Shown here: positions 1-10,400 of the stretch, in pieces
Layout of the letters: the number at the start of each line of letters is the position of its first letter
How positions within the stretch are numbered: the stretch's first letter is position 1
Assembly (NCBI GenBank): GCA_023250155.1
Contig: JAHFBG010000010.1
Location: forward strand, 17,832-81,831
Origin: Candidatus Melainabacteria bacterium
GTDB taxonomy: Bacteria > Cyanobacteriota > Vampirovibrionia > 2-02-FULL-35-15
Direction: 5' to 3'
DNA length: 64,000 nt
Translations under genes and position numbers: made by a program
Notes under the pieces: model-generated
Database searches by the model: none
What the model was told of the DNA's origin: nothing
What the model saw: the letters and a program-made list of their open reading frames with translations, nothing else

Positions 1-2272
1 TATTTCCAACCATACCTGAAACAATTTTGTTGATTGTTGGAGTAGAAGCTAATCTAGACTTGGTTGAACGGTCAGTTCCTATATTTGAAAAATCAACGAA
101 GCTTATTATATTAATCTCTCCAATAAGCTTTAATCCGTTTGAAAGATTTAATGTTAGCTCAGCTTTACCAATAGATGTAAAATCTGGAATGTTAAGTGTA
201 ATGATTGCTTTGTTTTTAGTTTTGTTTTGAATTGCTGAATACTTTATACTTTCAACAATATGATTTTTAAAATCTTTTAAACTTACAGAAACTATATCAA
301 CATCTTTTGGAAGTTTTATTTGAAATGAAGGATTAGATCCTACATATGTAACTAGTATTGGAAGCTTATCTAAAGATAAACTATTTGTATTTTGAGGTGC
401 CGGTAATTCTAAGCTTTTAATAACTTCAAGTTTTTTGGATTGATTGAAGACCGGTGAAGGCTTAGTTTCACTTATTGGAACTGTTGATGTGTTAGAACTA
501 GTAACAGGTTCTTTAGTCGGTGAAGTTTGTGTTGTAGGAATAAGTGGTTGAGGTGTTTGAATTGGTGTTGGTGTCGGAGTTATAGTTGGAATAATAACAG
601 GCAATGATTCTACAGGTAAAGGTACTGGTAACTGTGGTGGTAAAGACAAAGGTATTTGAGGTGGAGATATTGGTATTGGTGAATAAGTCGTTATTGGAGG
701 AAGCGTTGGTACTGGAGAGACGATCGGTAATATAGCTGGGGCTGAAGTAGGAGGTGTGATTGGAATAGAAACTGGAGAAGATTGAGGCGGAGATGGGAGT
801 GGTAAACCATTACTACCTGAAGAGCTTGATGATGATGAGCTGGGTAATGTAATTGTGCTACCTGATGAGCTTGATGATGATGAACTGGGTAATATAATTG
901 TGCTACCTGATGAGCTTGATGATGATGAACTGGATAATGTAATTATGCTGCCTGAAGAGCTTGATGATGATGAACTGGATAATGTAATTGTACTACCTGA
1001 AGAGCTTGATGATGATGAGCTGGGTAATGCAATTGTGCTACCTGAAGAGCTTGATGATGAGCTTGGTAATAAAATTGTGCTACCTGAAGAACTTGATGAG
1101 CTTGATGATGATGTATTCAATATTTTCGTTGTAAGAGTTGCAACAATATTAATGTCTTTTATAGTTTGACCTCCTAAAACACTTACTATGAAGGCTTGCT
1201 CCTGACTTGAAGTTATAGGCTGATTAGAGCCAGTGTAATATCCCTTTGGAACTGGATTTTGAAAAGAGAGACTATTTGGATCGTTGGAGTATGGACCTAC
1301 ACTAGATCCGCCATAAAAAGTTTGATGTATAGGTTCAATTTCTATTCTATAATCTCCTGGTGGTACAGCAAATAAAGTAAATGAACCTGTTTTGTTTGTT
1401 AAAAAATCAGAGACGCAAGATATCGCTTCAGCTGTAGGGTTATTTATGTTTCTTGCAATAACATTTGCTCCTAAAACAGGATCTAAACCATTTTGCTTTA
1501 AAACTTTTCCTTGTATTATTCCTAAGTTATTTAATTGATCGGATTTGGGATACAGAAAAGATACTCCTGATATATCATCACGCTTAAGAGAAGACTTGTC
1601 GTTTACAGAAAATGGAAACATAAGAGGCACAGAGTCTTTTAACTCCTGACTAGCATCAGGCTTTAATGCTTCTAAGTTGATTTGTGAATGATCAAGTCCT
1701 ATAGCATGCCCAAATTCGTGTTTGATAGCAGATTTGTAAGCATTAGTACTTAGCTCTGGATTAAATACTGTATCTACTCCATCAATAAATCTTCCATTAA
1801 ACAAAGCTTGAGATTCAATTATTTTTAACTCTCCATTATCATTTGTAGCAAAGGCAGGAGCAGCAAAGCCAATGACTTGATTTCTTGAACCTAATCCTAA
1901 AAGAGCGTCGACTATTGAACCATTGTTATCAAATATAATTGGAGTAAAACCAAGCGGCTTTGGAGTAGCAATAATTGGTAAGAAAGTAATTAGATTTATA
2001 TCAAAAGGTAGTGAGCCAGGATTATCTCTGGTTAATTGTAATGTAGCCGTAGAAACGTTTTCCCATTCATCTAAAAGTGGTTCTATAAATGCAATTGCTT
2101 CCGAATTAGAAAATTTTCCAAGAGCACCAGGATCATATCTATATATTAATGGTGAATTACCATAAGTATAAAAACTGCCAGCATTGTCTAAAAACAATGG
2201 TCCACAGGCTTTCCCCTGCCATTGAGAAAGTAGAGTTGAAATCATTAGAATAATTATTGCTATACGTTTCAT
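1..2272 (-). CDS. Secreted zinc metalloprotease, matrixin/M10-like, gene runs off window start (3' end missing); C-terminal Pro/Thr- and Ser-rich low-complexity region
   Basis: Minus-strand frame opens with ATG at 2272 and MKRIAIIILMISTLLSQWQGKA signal-like N-terminus. HEFGHAIGLDHS metzincin motif read directly around 1700-1740. Frame stays open to position 1 by my manual translation. ATGA overlap with upstream gene stop. Confidence 0.7.
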   Translation of the reverse strand, partial: MKRIAIIILMISTLLSQWQGKACGPLFLDNAGSFYTYGNSPLIYRYDPGALGKFSNSEAIAFIEPLLDEWENVSTATLQLTRDNPGSLPFDINLITFLPIIATPKPLGFTPIIFDNNGSIVDALLGLGSRNQVIGFAAPAFATNDNGELKIIESQALFNGRFIDGVDTVFNPELSTNAYKSAIKHEFGHAIGLDHSQINLEALKPDASQELKDSVPLMFPFSVNDKSSLKRDDISGVSFLYPKSDQLNNLGIIQGKVLKQNGLDPVLGANVIARNINNPTAEAISCVSDFLTNKTGSFTLFAVPPGDYRIEIEPIHQTFYGGSSVGPYSNDPNSLSFQNPVPKGYYTGSNQPITSSQEQAFIVSVLGGQTIKDINIVATLTTKILNTSSSSSSSSSGSTILLPSSSSSSSGSTIALPSSSSSSSSGSTITLSSSSSSSSSGSIITLSSSSSSSSSGSTIILPSSSSSSSSGSTITLPSSSSSSSSGSNGLPLPSPPQSSPVSIPITPPTSAPAILPIVSPVPTLPPITTYSPIPISPPQIPLSLPPQLPVPLPVESLPVIIPTITPTPTPIQTPQPLIPTTQTSPTKEPVTSSNTSTVPISETKPSPVFNQSKKLEVIKSLELPAPQNTNSLSLDKLPILVTYVGSNPSFQIKLPKDVDIVSVSLKDFKNHIVESIKYSAIQNKTKNKAIITLNIPDFTSIGKAELTLNLSNGLKLIGEINIISFVDFSNIGTDRSTKSRLASTPTINKIVSGMVGN
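790..1125 (-). repeat. 45-bp (15-codon) in-frame coding tandem repeat, ~7 copies, encoding poly-Ser blocks (SSSSSSSSGSTIxLP) inside the metalloprotease gene
   Basis: Period-45 repetition of ctgggtaatgtaattgtgctacctgatgagcttgatgatgatgaa read on the plus strand. Minus-frame translation is Ser-rich. The plus-strand ORF 855..1169 is its mirror frame. Confidence 0.7.
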
Positions 2273-2946
2273 TGGTTTTTTACCAAATGTCTAACAGCGC
2301 TAACAAACTCTTTATACTTAATTGGTTTTCCTTGTTCTGAACATTCACTAATATAGTTATTAAGATAGCTATCAGTTTTTATTGATATTGTTCTTTGAGT
2401 TCTTAAGTTTCTATATAGTCCAATATTGTTTACACTGTTTTTAATATAGGTTACGCCTCTGTTGAGACCTTGCTTTTCTACTAAAAATGTACCTTGCTGA
2501 AAACCAGCTGGGCTAGTGAGTCCTAGAGTACTATCTGGATATAAAAAGACTATATATTTTTTATTTATGCTAAAACCTGCTGATTTGGTAGTTGGTTTCC
2601 ATTGCTTAAATGAAATTTGATCTTGACTTCCCACACCCTTTACACCATCTTCAATACTAAATGTATACTTAACAACTTCTAGGTGTGAAATTGGATCATC
2701 AATTATTTCTTCAATGCTTATGCAAGTTCCGGAAAATATTCTATCTGCAGAGTCTGTGACTTCTTCAAGGTTCATGGGCAATACATCAAAAACATATTTA
2801 TTTTGAAGTCTTATTATTGATGAGGGATTTCGTAGTGAGCTATTTGTTTCATCTACCTGAGCAAGGCAAGGTAACTGAAAATTAACAGAAATGATATTGA
2901 ATAAATAAAAGAGCATATATAACAATGTTTTTGTTGAAATTTGCAT
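2269..2946 (-). CDS. Hypothetical secreted protein (N-terminal hydrophobic signal-like segment)
   Basis: 225-aa ORF. Its stop overlaps the downstream metalloprotease start (ATGA). No recognisable domain. Confidence 0.5.
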   Translation of the reverse strand: MQISTKTLLYMLFYLFNIISVNFQLPCLAQVDETNSSLRNPSSIIRLQNKYVFDVLPMNLEEVTDSADRIFSGTCISIEEIIDDPISHLEVVKYTFSIEDGVKGVGSQDQISFKQWKPTTKSAGFSINKKYIVFLYPDSTLGLTSPAGFQQGTFLVEKQGLNRGVTYIKNSVNNIGLYRNLRTQRTISIKTDSYLNNYISECSEQGKPIKYKEFVSAVRHLVKNQ

Positions 2947-3029
2947 GGTTTAAATTAAAGCTTGCAAAGATTAACAAATGCTTAAATATATTACGGTTTG
3001 TTACAGGTATTATTTTCTGATAATATTCT

Positions 3030-3590
3030 TTAAAGAAGCAAAAGCTTTCTCTCATTAGCATTCAGCTCTTTCCATTTTCCTGGTGACAAATTTCTTAATT
3101 GAAATTTTCCTATAGCTACACGTATAAGACGAAGTGTTGGAAACTCTACTGCTGCTGTCATTCGTCTGACCTGCCGATTTTTACCTTCTACTAAGCTTAT
3201 TTCTATCCAGCTTGTAGGTATGGATTTACGAAAACGAATGGGAACACTGCGTGGAGGATAGTCTGGTTCATTGAGTAGAATTGCTTTACAAGGTTTTGTT
3301 TTATAGCCTTGAATACTAACACCCTTTCTTAGCTTTTCAATTGCTTGTTCTGTTGCTATACCTTCTACTTGTACATGATATGTTTTTTCATGGGTATTTA
3401 ATGGGTTGAGAAGTTTGTCATTCCATTCTTTTTCATCACTTAAAAGAAGCAATCCTTCACTGTCTAAATCAAGCCTGCCTATAGGATAAATATCTTTGGG
3501 GAATCCAAATTTAGCTAGCGTATAATGCTCTGGTTTTTCTTTTGTAAACTGTGAAAGAACATTATAAGGTTTGTGAAAAACTATAATCAT
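3030..3590 (-). CDS. RNA pseudouridine synthase, RsuA/RluE family
   Basis: GRLDLDSEGLLLLSD catalytic-Asp motif typical of the RsuA/RluB/RluE family. 186 aa, similar in size to RluE. Confidence 0.8.
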   Translation of the reverse strand: MIIVFHKPYNVLSQFTKEKPEHYTLAKFGFPKDIYPIGRLDLDSEGLLLLSDEKEWNDKLLNPLNTHEKTYHVQVEGIATEQAIEKLRKGVSIQGYKTKPCKAILLNEPDYPPRSVPIRFRKSIPTSWIEISLVEGKNRQVRRMTAAVEFPTLRLIRVAIGKFQLRNLSPGKWKELNANERKLLLL

Positions 3591-3661
3591 GTATATGATT
3601 TTATACTAGAAATGCTAAACTTGTTGTTAATTGAAACAGCTTATAAAACCAGGAGAATCAC

Positions 3662-3943
3662 ATGCCATTGAAAGTCACAAGATTAAATACCTTTACTCTA
3701 AATGATATTGTAACGGCAAGAGATACATTAAGAAGTAAACTTATTTCTAGCACCATTCAAAAAGATGAACAAGAAGACTTGCAAGTCTTAGAAGGAATCT
3801 GTGGAAGAGGAGATCTTATTACCGTCAATGAATTAGCTAAACATAGTTTAATAATTAGAGGACTACTTCAGGAATCTTTAACACCACCTGAGAAAGATGA
3901 GTTTCAAGAAATATTTCACCAATGGTGTAAGTTCGGTAGATAG
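3662..3943 (+). CDS. Hypothetical protein
   Basis: 93-aa ORF in an intergenic slot; no motif recognised. Confidence 0.35.
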   Translation: MPLKVTRLNTFTLNDIVTARDTLRSKLISSTIQKDEQEDLQVLEGICGRGDLITVNELAKHSLIIRGLLQESLTPPEKDEFQEIFHQWCKFGR

Positions 3944-3945
3944 AT

Positions 3946-4713
3946 TTACTGTTCTATATGCAGCTTTATAAATCTAAGTTGCTCTAATTCTTTAGTGAAA
4001 AAAGGAAGTGTTACTTCTTGGCTTTCAGTTAAAGGACTTTTAGTACTTACTTCTAACTTCTTTCCACCATCTAGACCTTTAAAAACTAATTCATTTAATT
4101 CAATAGATTTTTCAAGTTCTTCAGATTTTGCTGAAGATGGTGTGTCTGACAGAAGCACAGGAGAATATATTTCCCACTTGCTAAAGTCTTTATTCGGTAC
4201 ATATCGTGTATGTCCATGAACAATATATAGCAAACCATCTTTCCCTCTTGTTACTCCCCATTGTAGAGCAAGAGGCAAATTGTTATTTCCATTTTTTAAA
4301 ATCTCAGGTTGTACAAAAGTATCGTCAGAATATAAGATTGTTTTAGCTTCAATATTACTAGATCCCTGATAATACATTCCTAAAGATTCAAGATCTATTA
4401 CTGCAGGCTTATTACCAGAAATTGTTGCTGTTAAACCTAGTGTATTTAATTGAGCTAATCTAAACATAGATACTGCAAATTTATTACCACTTAGTACTTG
4501 TTGAACTGCTTCATTAGCAAATTGATTAGTTATCATATTTTCTGGTTTCTCAAATATGCTAAGTTTTTCCAACTCATCATCTTCAAACTTTACATCAGGG
4601 CTTGCTTTAAGTTTATCAATAGCTTTCCCTTTATTAACTAGTGCTTTAAATACTTGTGTTGCATTAATACCCTGAATTGGATTTAATAAATTTATTGTGG
4701 GGACCTGACTCAT
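3946..4713 (-). CDS. Hypothetical protein
   Basis: 255-aa ORF with clean boundaries; no confident motif. Confidence 0.5.
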   Translation of the reverse strand: MSQVPTINLLNPIQGINATQVFKALVNKGKAIDKLKASPDVKFEDDELEKLSIFEKPENMITNQFANEAVQQVLSGNKFAVSMFRLAQLNTLGLTATISGNKPAVIDLESLGMYYQGSSNIEAKTILYSDDTFVQPEILKNGNNNLPLALQWGVTRGKDGLLYIVHGHTRYVPNKDFSKWEIYSPVLLSDTPSSAKSEELEKSIELNELVFKGLDGGKKLEVSTKSPLTESQEVTLPFFTKELEQLRFIKLHIEQ

Positions 4714-4909
4714 ATTTATCTCCTTATATTTATAGTGGAAACTTATTATAAGAGTTTTTTCATTTATTAATCAAGTCTTGACTGTCTTTGACTATAAGTT
4801 AAAACCTTAGATCATCCTTTTGAATATCCTAACGGATGATATATTTCAGCTATAAAAGTTAGAGAATTAAGTTGTGGCTTTAACTTTAATGACTAAATAA
4901 GGTGAAACA

Positions 4910-5398
4910 ATGACAAATGAAAGTTTAGTTAAAAATGAAACAAGTATCAAGGCATATTTTGAAGAAGATCATGACAGGCTGGATGAGTTATTTAAGAACT
5001 TTCAAAAATTTAAATTGTTAGACTACCCAAAAGCTAAAGAGTATTTTAAAGAGTTTAAGCATGGATTACAAAGGCATATTATTTGGGAGGAAGATATTTT
5101 ATTTCCTGTATTTGAAAAGAAATCAAATATCCCAAATGGCCCTACACATGTTATGAGAATGGAGCATAGACAAATAAAAGAATCTCTTGAAGCCATTCAT
5201 GATAAAGTCAAGAAACAAGATCCAAACAGTAATGACGATGAAGAAAAGCTTTTATCGATTTTAAAATCCCACAATATGAAGGAAGAAGGTATTTTATATC
5301 CAGCTATTGATAGTTTAATAGATGAAACAGAAAAGAAATCGATATTTCTTTCGATGAGAAATATTCCACAAGAACGTTTTGAAAAGTGTTGTGGATAG
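4910..5398 (+). CDS. Hemerythrin-like (HHE cation-binding) domain protein
   Basis: Four repeated H-x3-E / LFP-type helices (HDRLDELF, HIIWEEDILFPVFE, HRQIKESLEAIHD, EEGILYPAID). Confidence 0.55.
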   Translation: MTNESLVKNETSIKAYFEEDHDRLDELFKNFQKFKLLDYPKAKEYFKEFKHGLQRHIIWEEDILFPVFEKKSNIPNGPTHVMRMEHRQIKESLEAIHDKVKKQDPNSNDDEEKLLSILKSHNMKEEGILYPAIDSLIDETEKKSIFLSMRNIPQERFEKCCG

Positions 5399-5420
5399 TT
5401 TAAAATAGCTTAGATAATAA

Positions 5421-6059
5421 TTGCTTGGTATAATTAAAAGCATTATGAAAGAGATCTTAGAAAACATCTGGACGTGGTCAATGTTCTCAGAAGAAAAAGG
5501 ATATAACTTTAATGGTTACTTAATTTCTGATGGGAAGAAAAATGTTTTAATTGATCCTGTTAGGCAAAATGATGAAGATTTCAATTTTATTAAAAAGAAA
5601 GCTCCTTATGAAGCTATTTATTTAACCAATAAAGATCATTTAAGAGATTCAAAAAATCTAAAGACAAAATTAAATACTTCTATATGGATTCATGAAGAAG
5701 ATAAGCAGTATTTAGAAAATGATGTGGATTGTACATTTAAAGATGGAGATAAACTTACCTGTGAAATAGAAGTAATTCATCTAAATAATCAAAAATCTCC
5801 CGGAGAATGTGCTTTTTATCTACCAAGTAGAAAGGTTTTAATTTTAGGTGATGCTTTAATTGGATTTCCATCGGGAAGTTTAAAACTACTACCAAAAGAA
5901 AAATATAAGGATATCAAGAACACAATTAAGAGCCTTGAAAGGCTTGTATCACTATCCTTTGATACATTGCTATTAGGCGATGGTGAATCTATTTTAGAAG
6001 GTGCTAAAGAGAAGACAATTCACTTTCTACAAAATTATTTGTCCGTAATTTCTAAGTAA
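5421..6059 (+). CDS. MBL-fold metallo-hydrolase-like protein (degenerate His motif)
   Basis: N-terminal pattern NGYLISDGKKNVLIDP and GDALIG resemble the MBL fold. The canonical HxHxDH is degenerate (TNKDHLRD). Confidence 0.45.
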   Translation: MLGIIKSIMKEILENIWTWSMFSEEKGYNFNGYLISDGKKNVLIDPVRQNDEDFNFIKKKAPYEAIYLTNKDHLRDSKNLKTKLNTSIWIHEEDKQYLENDVDCTFKDGDKLTCEIEVIHLNNQKSPGECAFYLPSRKVLILGDALIGFPSGSLKLLPKEKYKDIKNTIKSLERLVSLSFDTLLLGDGESILEGAKEKTIHFLQNYLSVISK

Positions 6060-6100
6060 TATCAATCTGCTGAAATAATATTATATTTTCCTGCCTTTCC

Positions 6101-6156
6101 GCAGACAAACTTTTCTGTTTGTTTCGCTAAGCTCAACAGCCCAGAAAAGTGTCTGC
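6101..6156. repeat. Imperfect 17-bp inverted repeat (gcagacaaacttttctg / cagaaaagtgtctgc), locally GC-rich, between convergent or adjacent genes
   Basis: Seen directly in the sequence. Not followed by a T-tract, so its role as terminator versus regulatory hairpin is unclear. Confidence 0.3.
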
Positions 6157-6201
6157 TGGGCGCGGAACATAGTAAGCTTTATTGCGCAGATTGGTATAAT
6201 A

Positions 6202-7458
6202 ATGGCATCTATGAAAATTGCAATTATAGGCGGTGGTGCAGCAGGGTTAATGGCAGCAGCAACATTGATTGAAGAAAATATTAATGCAGAGATTTATCTC
6301 TTTGAAAAAAATGACGTACTTGGTAAAAAGGTTTCAATTAGTGGTGGTGGAAGGTGCAATGTAACTACAGGAATTACTGATAAAAATGAATTGCTATCAA
6401 AATACATAAGAGGTAGCAAGTTTTTAACTCCAGCATTATCAGCTTTTTCTCCTAAAGATGTAATGGATTGGTTCCAAGTAAATAGAGTGCCACTCAAAAT
6501 TGAAAAAGATTTAAGAGTATTTCCAAAATCAGATATTGGCAGTGATGTGGTAAATCTTTTTTATAATATTTTAATAGAAAGTAATAAGATAAAATTTTGT
6601 CTTTCAGAAACCGTAAAAGAGGTAAAGTCTTTAAAAGAACAATTTACAGTAGTAACAAATAAGCAAGAATATGATTTTGATATTGTAGTTATTACAAGTG
6701 GTGGAAACGCTTATAAACACACAGGATCTACAGGAGATGGATATGACTTTGCTAAAGCTTGTGGACATACTATTACAAAACTTGGACCTTCTCTAAATAG
6801 CTTTGAAGTACAAGAAAATTGGATTAAAAGATTGTCAGGATTAAGCTTTCCTAATGCTAAATTAGCTTTTACATTAGATGGAGAAAAGAAGAATGAAGTT
6901 ATTGGTCCACTCTTATGTACTCATTTTGGAATCTCAGGTCCTGTTGTTTTTGCACTATCTGCTCACTTAGCTTTTGTAGAAATCTCAAAACAGGTTCCAA
7001 AAAAAATAAAACTAAATCCTTTAGCTAATTATAATTTTGATGATTATGAGAAAACGCTTGTGGCTTTAATTTCAAACAATGGTGCTAAGCTCATCCTAAA
7101 CACTCTTTCAGAATTATTACCAAAGAGCTTTGTTGACGAATTATTAATAATGGCTAATATTCCAAAGGATAAAAAATCTGCAGAAGTTTCAAAGAAAGAA
7201 AGAAATAAGATCTGTGATTTACTGTCTTCTAATATTGAACTAACTTTAATATCAAGAAGAAAAGGAGATGAGTTTGTAACTGCAGGAGGTGTTGAGCTAT
7301 CTGAGATAAACAATAAAACCATGCAATCAAAATTAAATCCTAACCTTTATCTTGCAGGTGAGGTTTTAAATGTAGATGGACTTACAGGAGGCTTTAATCT
7401 TCAGTCTGCATGGGCTACTGGCAGATTAGCAGGGATTGGTATAGCAAAAAGATTATAG
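6202..7458 (+). CDS. HI0933/YhiN-family NAD(P)/FAD-dependent flavoprotein (aminoacetone oxidase-like)
   Basis: N-terminal IAIIGGGAAGLMAA dinucleotide-binding motif and the SGGGRCNVT signature of the HI0933 family. 418 aa. Confidence 0.85.
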   Translation: MASMKIAIIGGGAAGLMAAATLIEENINAEIYLFEKNDVLGKKVSISGGGRCNVTTGITDKNELLSKYIRGSKFLTPALSAFSPKDVMDWFQVNRVPLKIEKDLRVFPKSDIGSDVVNLFYNILIESNKIKFCLSETVKEVKSLKEQFTVVTNKQEYDFDIVVITSGGNAYKHTGSTGDGYDFAKACGHTITKLGPSLNSFEVQENWIKRLSGLSFPNAKLAFTLDGEKKNEVIGPLLCTHFGISGPVVFALSAHLAFVEISKQVPKKIKLNPLANYNFDDYEKTLVALISNNGAKLILNTLSELLPKSFVDELLIMANIPKDKKSAEVSKKERNKICDLLSSNIELTLISRRKGDEFVTAGGVELSEINNKTMQSKLNPNLYLAGEVLNVDGLTGGFNLQSAWATGRLAGIGIAKRL

Positions 7459-7459
7459 A

Positions 7460-10400
7460 TTAACGTGATTTCTTCTTCTTTTTCTTAGCTCTTTGCGGAA
7501 CTTCAATTAGCTTAACAGTTCGTCCATAAGGATTTGTTATAACGAGTACAAATTCTCCTTTTATATTCTTATCTAGAATTGTGAAAAGGACATTTGCTTT
7601 TCTTCTACCTTTTCCAATGAATCGTTTTTTAAAGACTAGATTTTCACTTGGAATAATTTCAAATATTGTTTGTGCTACTTTTTTTCTAATTTTCTTGCGC
7701 TTATTTACCAGTACTCGTTTAGCTCTAAAGAAGTTGCCTCCTCTCATTTTTACTCTTAGTCTCTTCTTTTTCCTGAATACTTTTATTTGTTCAATTACTG
7801 GTTGTAAGGTATTTAATGGTTTATTTACAACGCTTATAGGAGAAGTAGAATCAATTCTTGGTTTAACTACAGAGACAACTGTTTGAGCTACAGGAGCATC
7901 ACCAACTAGTATAACCAAGTTTAAAAGAGCTGTATCAGTCAGGTCTTCTGGAACTAAATCAGTGATAAGCAGTGGAGAATCTTCTGCCCCAGGTGGTAAG
8001 TAAACAGATGCTTGTACTTTATGAATTTTTCCAGCATTATCAGTTATTTGTACAAAGATATTTTGATTTGTATTGGTAATCAAATCTTTAATGTTACCAG
8101 TTAGGTTTCTTAAAAATATTGCATTTTCTGATCCAGCTATCAATTGGCTACTATCAAAGGTGCTAACCATTGTGCCATTAACAATATTTGGTACTGATAT
8201 AGGTTCTGAAGAAACAACAGGAATATTTTCTACTACAGGTGGAGGTGGATTTGGAGCTGGTGGATTTGATATAGGATTAGTTGGTGGAGTAGGATTTACC
8301 ACTACTGTACCACTACTGCTTGAGACTCCACCTAATGTATTTAAACCTGTACCTCCTCCTGATGAAGTGGTTGAAGTATTGGTGACTGGACCAGGACTTG
8401 CTGGTGGACTTAATACTGGGAGCAATGAAACTATAAATGTACCGATACTATCTTTTAACTCTATTATTGTTGAAGGAGTCGTATTAGCACTTGGTATAAC
8501 TTCATCATCAATGGTAAACCATAAATTTCTATCTGGTCCCGAAGTAATATCATTTGGAGTACTAAATTTCTTGGGGAGATTATAAGTAGTAATATCTCCA
8601 TTGAGTGAAACCTTTCCTAAGCCATCGTTATTCTTGCCTTTAATAGTAAACCAAATATTCCCATCGGGTCCTACTGTTATACGATTTGGCAAACCAGAAT
8701 CTATAGGAAGATTAAACTCAATAACACTTCCATCAATTGCAATCTTACCTATTTTTTTAGCACCAGATTCTATAAACCAAAGATTGTTATCTGGTCCAAG
8801 AGTAAGATCGCTTGGCAAGCTTGATATTGTAGGAATATCAAATTCTGCAACTCTTCCATCTATTGCAATTTTTCCGATTTTATTTTTGCTTGATTCAGTA
8901 AACCAAATATCCCCATCAGGTCCTAGCGAAAGATAAGCAGGCACATCTGGGACATCAAACTCAGTAATTCTCCCATCTATTGCAACCGTTCCAATTTTTT
9001 TAGCAGTTTCACCAAACCAAAGATTCCCATCTGACCCTGTTGCAATATCTGTCGTAGTAGAAGAGACATCTAATTCTGTAATCATGCCATCAGAAGAAAT
9101 CTTTCCAACTTTATTTTTCAACTTTTCAGTAAACCAAATATTTCCATCAAATGCTGTTGTGATATTAAGTGGACCACTATCATTTTGTGGCAGATCATAT
9201 TCTGTGATTTGTCCATTAATAGAAGCTTGTCCAATTTTATTTTTTCCTACTTCAGTAAACCAAAGGCTGCCATCTAGTCCTTTTGTTATACCAAAGGGAT
9301 TGCTTGCAACTGTTGGAATATCATGTTTTTGTAGTATTGGACCACTCAATAAGCCTGATGACGATGATGATAAAACAACGACAACAGGTGGAACAAACTT
9401 ACAAGCAAATGAAGCTCTACCTATAACATTTGTAGAAGGTTCTGTAAACCACAAATCATTGTCAGGTCCAAAAGCAAGTGAAGATGGTTTAGTAAAGTTG
9501 GTTGTTGGTGCATATTTAAAGAAGTCCCCATCTGTAGTGAGTCTCCATATCCTGCTCTTATTTTTTTGAGTTTTCTCAGTAAACCAAAGACTACCATCAG
9601 GTCCTGTGATTATATTTGCAGGAGAGCAATCAGCAGGAATCTTATACTCAGTAATATTTCCATTATTAGAATCGATTTTTCCAATTCTGTTTCCATCTTT
9701 CTCAGTAAACCAAACATTATCATCAAGTCCAAGGGCTATACCATAAGGACTGCTGTCCTGTGTAGGAATTTTATATTCAACAACGCTACCATCTCTTGTA
9801 ATTCTTCCTATTTTGTTTGCATCAAATTCGGTAAACCATATATCCCCACTGGGTCCAGCTACTATGCCATATGGATTGCTATCTTGTGTAGGTATTTTAT
9901 ATTCTATTATGTCTGAAAAAGTAGGGGCTCCAAGAATGGGTTGCAATGATTGCTGAACAATAATCTTTCCAATCTTATTTCCATCTCTCTCTGTAAACCA
10001 AATATTTCCATCAGGTCCACTAGTTATACCTATAGGTTTACTTTTTAGTGTAGGAATTTTATACTCAGTAAAATCACCGTCTTTTGTAATTCTTCCTATT
10101 TTGTTTGCATCAAATTCAGTAAACCATATATTGTTATCAGAGCCTACTGTTAAGTTAAACGGATAACTGCCTTGTGTAGGAACTTTATATTCAGTAATAT
10201 CTCCATTGTCTGCGATTTTCCCGATTTGATTTCTTCCAGCTTCTGTAAACCACAAATTTCCATCAGAACCTAAAATAATATTTAATGGGTTACTTGCAGA
10301 TTTTAATTCAAATTTCTGAGTTTTATTTATTGGGCATTGTCCAGAAATATCTTCTTCCGGTGAACCTGAAGAGCTTGAAGATGAGCTCGAGGAACTACTT

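Noticed and set aside
855-1169. Plus-strand ORF with striking LPDELDDDELGN(V/I)IVLPEELDDDEL repeats
   Set aside because: It is the antisense mirror frame of the 45-bp poly-Ser coding repeat of the minus-strand metalloprotease gene, which has a start, a signal peptide and a HExxH domain. It is a repeat-induced shadow ORF.
7581-9916. Five plus-strand ORFs (7581..7886, 8073..8585, 8601..8936, 9084..9569, 9566..9916) inside the giant gene
   Set aside because: All lie antisense within the continuous 2074-aa minus-strand ORF and consist of low-complexity translations of its repeats. They are shadow ORFs.
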